From assembly GCA_038087875.1 (NCBI GenBank), contig CM075989.1:806001-870000 (forward strand): a stretch of 64,000 nt of DNA, written 5' to 3'. The notes under the pieces were generated by a model. It was not told the DNA's origin and did not search any database. It saw only the letters and a list, made by a program, of their open reading frames with translations. Positions 62,690-64,000 of the stretch are shown here, piece by piece (within the stretch, counting starts at the first letter, position 1; the number at the start of each line of letters is the position of its first letter). Both the position numbers and the translations under genes were made by a program. This DNA comes from Malacoraja senta. Its lineage: Eukaryota.

Positions 62690-63293
62690 AAGGCCTGTCT
62701 CACGAATCTGCGGTCATTGGCGGCGAAACGGGAAGAATCTGCCGCCATAGACCGCGCACTCGTGAGAAAGTACAATTCCCGGGCCGTGCGACGATGTTCC
62801 CAACACCGCGCGGTGCTAAAATAAAATCGACAATGTCGAAAACACTATACTCACCGCACAACCTCCACCAGTGATGCACAAGTGCGGCACGGCCGCTCGC
62901 ACGGGCCGCCGCCAGTGTGGGTCGAGCGCCGTGCATCAAACCTCCTCTGCCACAGCCTCCGCCAGTGAGGCACGTGCCGCCGCCAGTGAGGCACGTGTGC
63001 TGCGCGGCCGCAGTCACAGCCACCGCTACAGCGCCGCGATCAGGATGGCCGCCGCCACAGCCGCCGCTGGTGAGTCACGTGCGGCGGGCCGACGTTATCG
63101 CAGTCGGCCCGCCCTTTTTTTACTTACCGCAAGCACGTGGGACCCGCCGTGTTTGAATTAACTCGGCCCCCGCGCAACATCCGTGCGGCGCTCCGGTGGA
63201 TAGGCTCGACGCTCTCGCCGTTGCCGCGCGGTCCTTGCTACCGGCGACGCCGCGCTTCACCGCCGATGACCGCAAACAGGTAAGACAGAGCCT
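62690..63293. mobile_element. GC-rich MITE (PIF/Harbinger-like) inserted in the DIRS-B recombinase region
   Basis: Imperfect TIR AGGCCTGTCTCACGAATCTGCGGTCATTGGCGGCGAA / TTCACCGCCGATGACCGCAAACAGGTAAGACAGAGCCT; TTA on both flanks. Confidence 0.75.
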
Positions 63294-64000
63294 TTACAGA
63301 TACACAGGATGGAAGTACCTCAGGATTATGTTATGTTTTACATGTTATGACCTACTCAAATGAAGTATGATCAGGTGTGATAGGATTCAAGAGTGTGTTA
63401 TTAGCATATTCTATGGATCCATGTCTATGTGTTAAGACATATTTGTTGCAATACATTGAGGCTACAAAGGTCTTATGAAATATGAAAACAAGATTGTTTA
63501 TCATTCACGAAAAACCATACAAGATAGTGTCAGTTTAGACTATTTTAAGATGGTTAAAAACAAGTTTTGGTTGCTGCAGGTGTGAACATTGATGGTTTTA
63601 CATTCCATTCAGTTTAGCAGTAACATTGACGACCAGGGCGAAGGACGTCCCGTCGACCATATTTTCACAGCCGCCGGGTGATGTAATAAGTTGGTGTTTC
63701 AACACTTTTACCATCGGCCTATTGCCAATACGGGGCTGTTTGCAGATACTATATTAAGTTCTGCTTAAATTTCCCTGGGTTAAAGGGGATACTGTTAATT
63801 ACTTTATTCAAATAAATGAATTACTGCATTCGTCATGCAAATGTTATTATTAATGCATTATTGATTATTTCTCATTCCGAGTCAATCAATGCAGTGAGAA
63901 GCCGGGATTTGTATCTGCGGCATGAAATCACAAAGCTTTAAAATCTTCACGTAGTCACTCACGTGACTCCGAAGTAAAATAGTAAGATTAAACGAGAACT

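Larger units (their letters stand above)
49444..64000 (+). mobile_element. Old DIRS retrotransposon B (49444-50455 + 59928 to window end), heavily degenerate; hosts the Gypsy element and a MITE
   Basis: 5' TTTTAACTTCGGAGTCACGTGAG; decayed gag (FEINCFRK), RT (DLKD, LDD), ASRLNHQL and YR remnants; ICR at 63945-64000. Confidence 0.85.

Overview
This is repeat-dense vertebrate genomic DNA. The mix of CR1 LINEs, HE1/V-SINE-like SINEs, Penelope-derived hairpins and a GPR139/142-like GPCR family suggests a cartilaginous fish, probably a skate or ray (inference). Host genes: one complete two-exon class-A GPCR (31595-31664 + 40057-40970, 327 aa) and exon 1 plus promoter of a divergently oriented paralogue (1185-1116). 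Mobile DNA makes up most of the rest: many CR1 copies; Rex1-type and Penelope fragments; a degraded endogenous retrovirus (gag-pol-env-LTR); a near-full-length L2 LINE with an intact 1004-aa ORF2; three DIRS tyrosine-recombinase retrotransposons; a very young Ty3/Gypsy element; and several MITEs. Most notable observations: (1) a 142-bp retroposon whose 5' end folds as an HDV-like ribozyme and whose tail is RTE-like; (2) an intact TLR7 ectodomain/TM fragment inside a TIR DNA transposon; (3) a conserved 5'-leader mini-intron in all three DIRS elements, plus an HIV-type UUUUUUA slippery site at the gag/pol overlap of one of them; (4) a DIRS>Gypsy>DIRS nest that preserves the empty target and shows the ATT crossover core; (5) minimal hammerhead motifs in Penelope-derived palindromes; (6) a GC-rich retroposon family with three different LINE tails. 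All calls were made by eye without database searches, and repeat boundaries are approximate unless a TSD is given.
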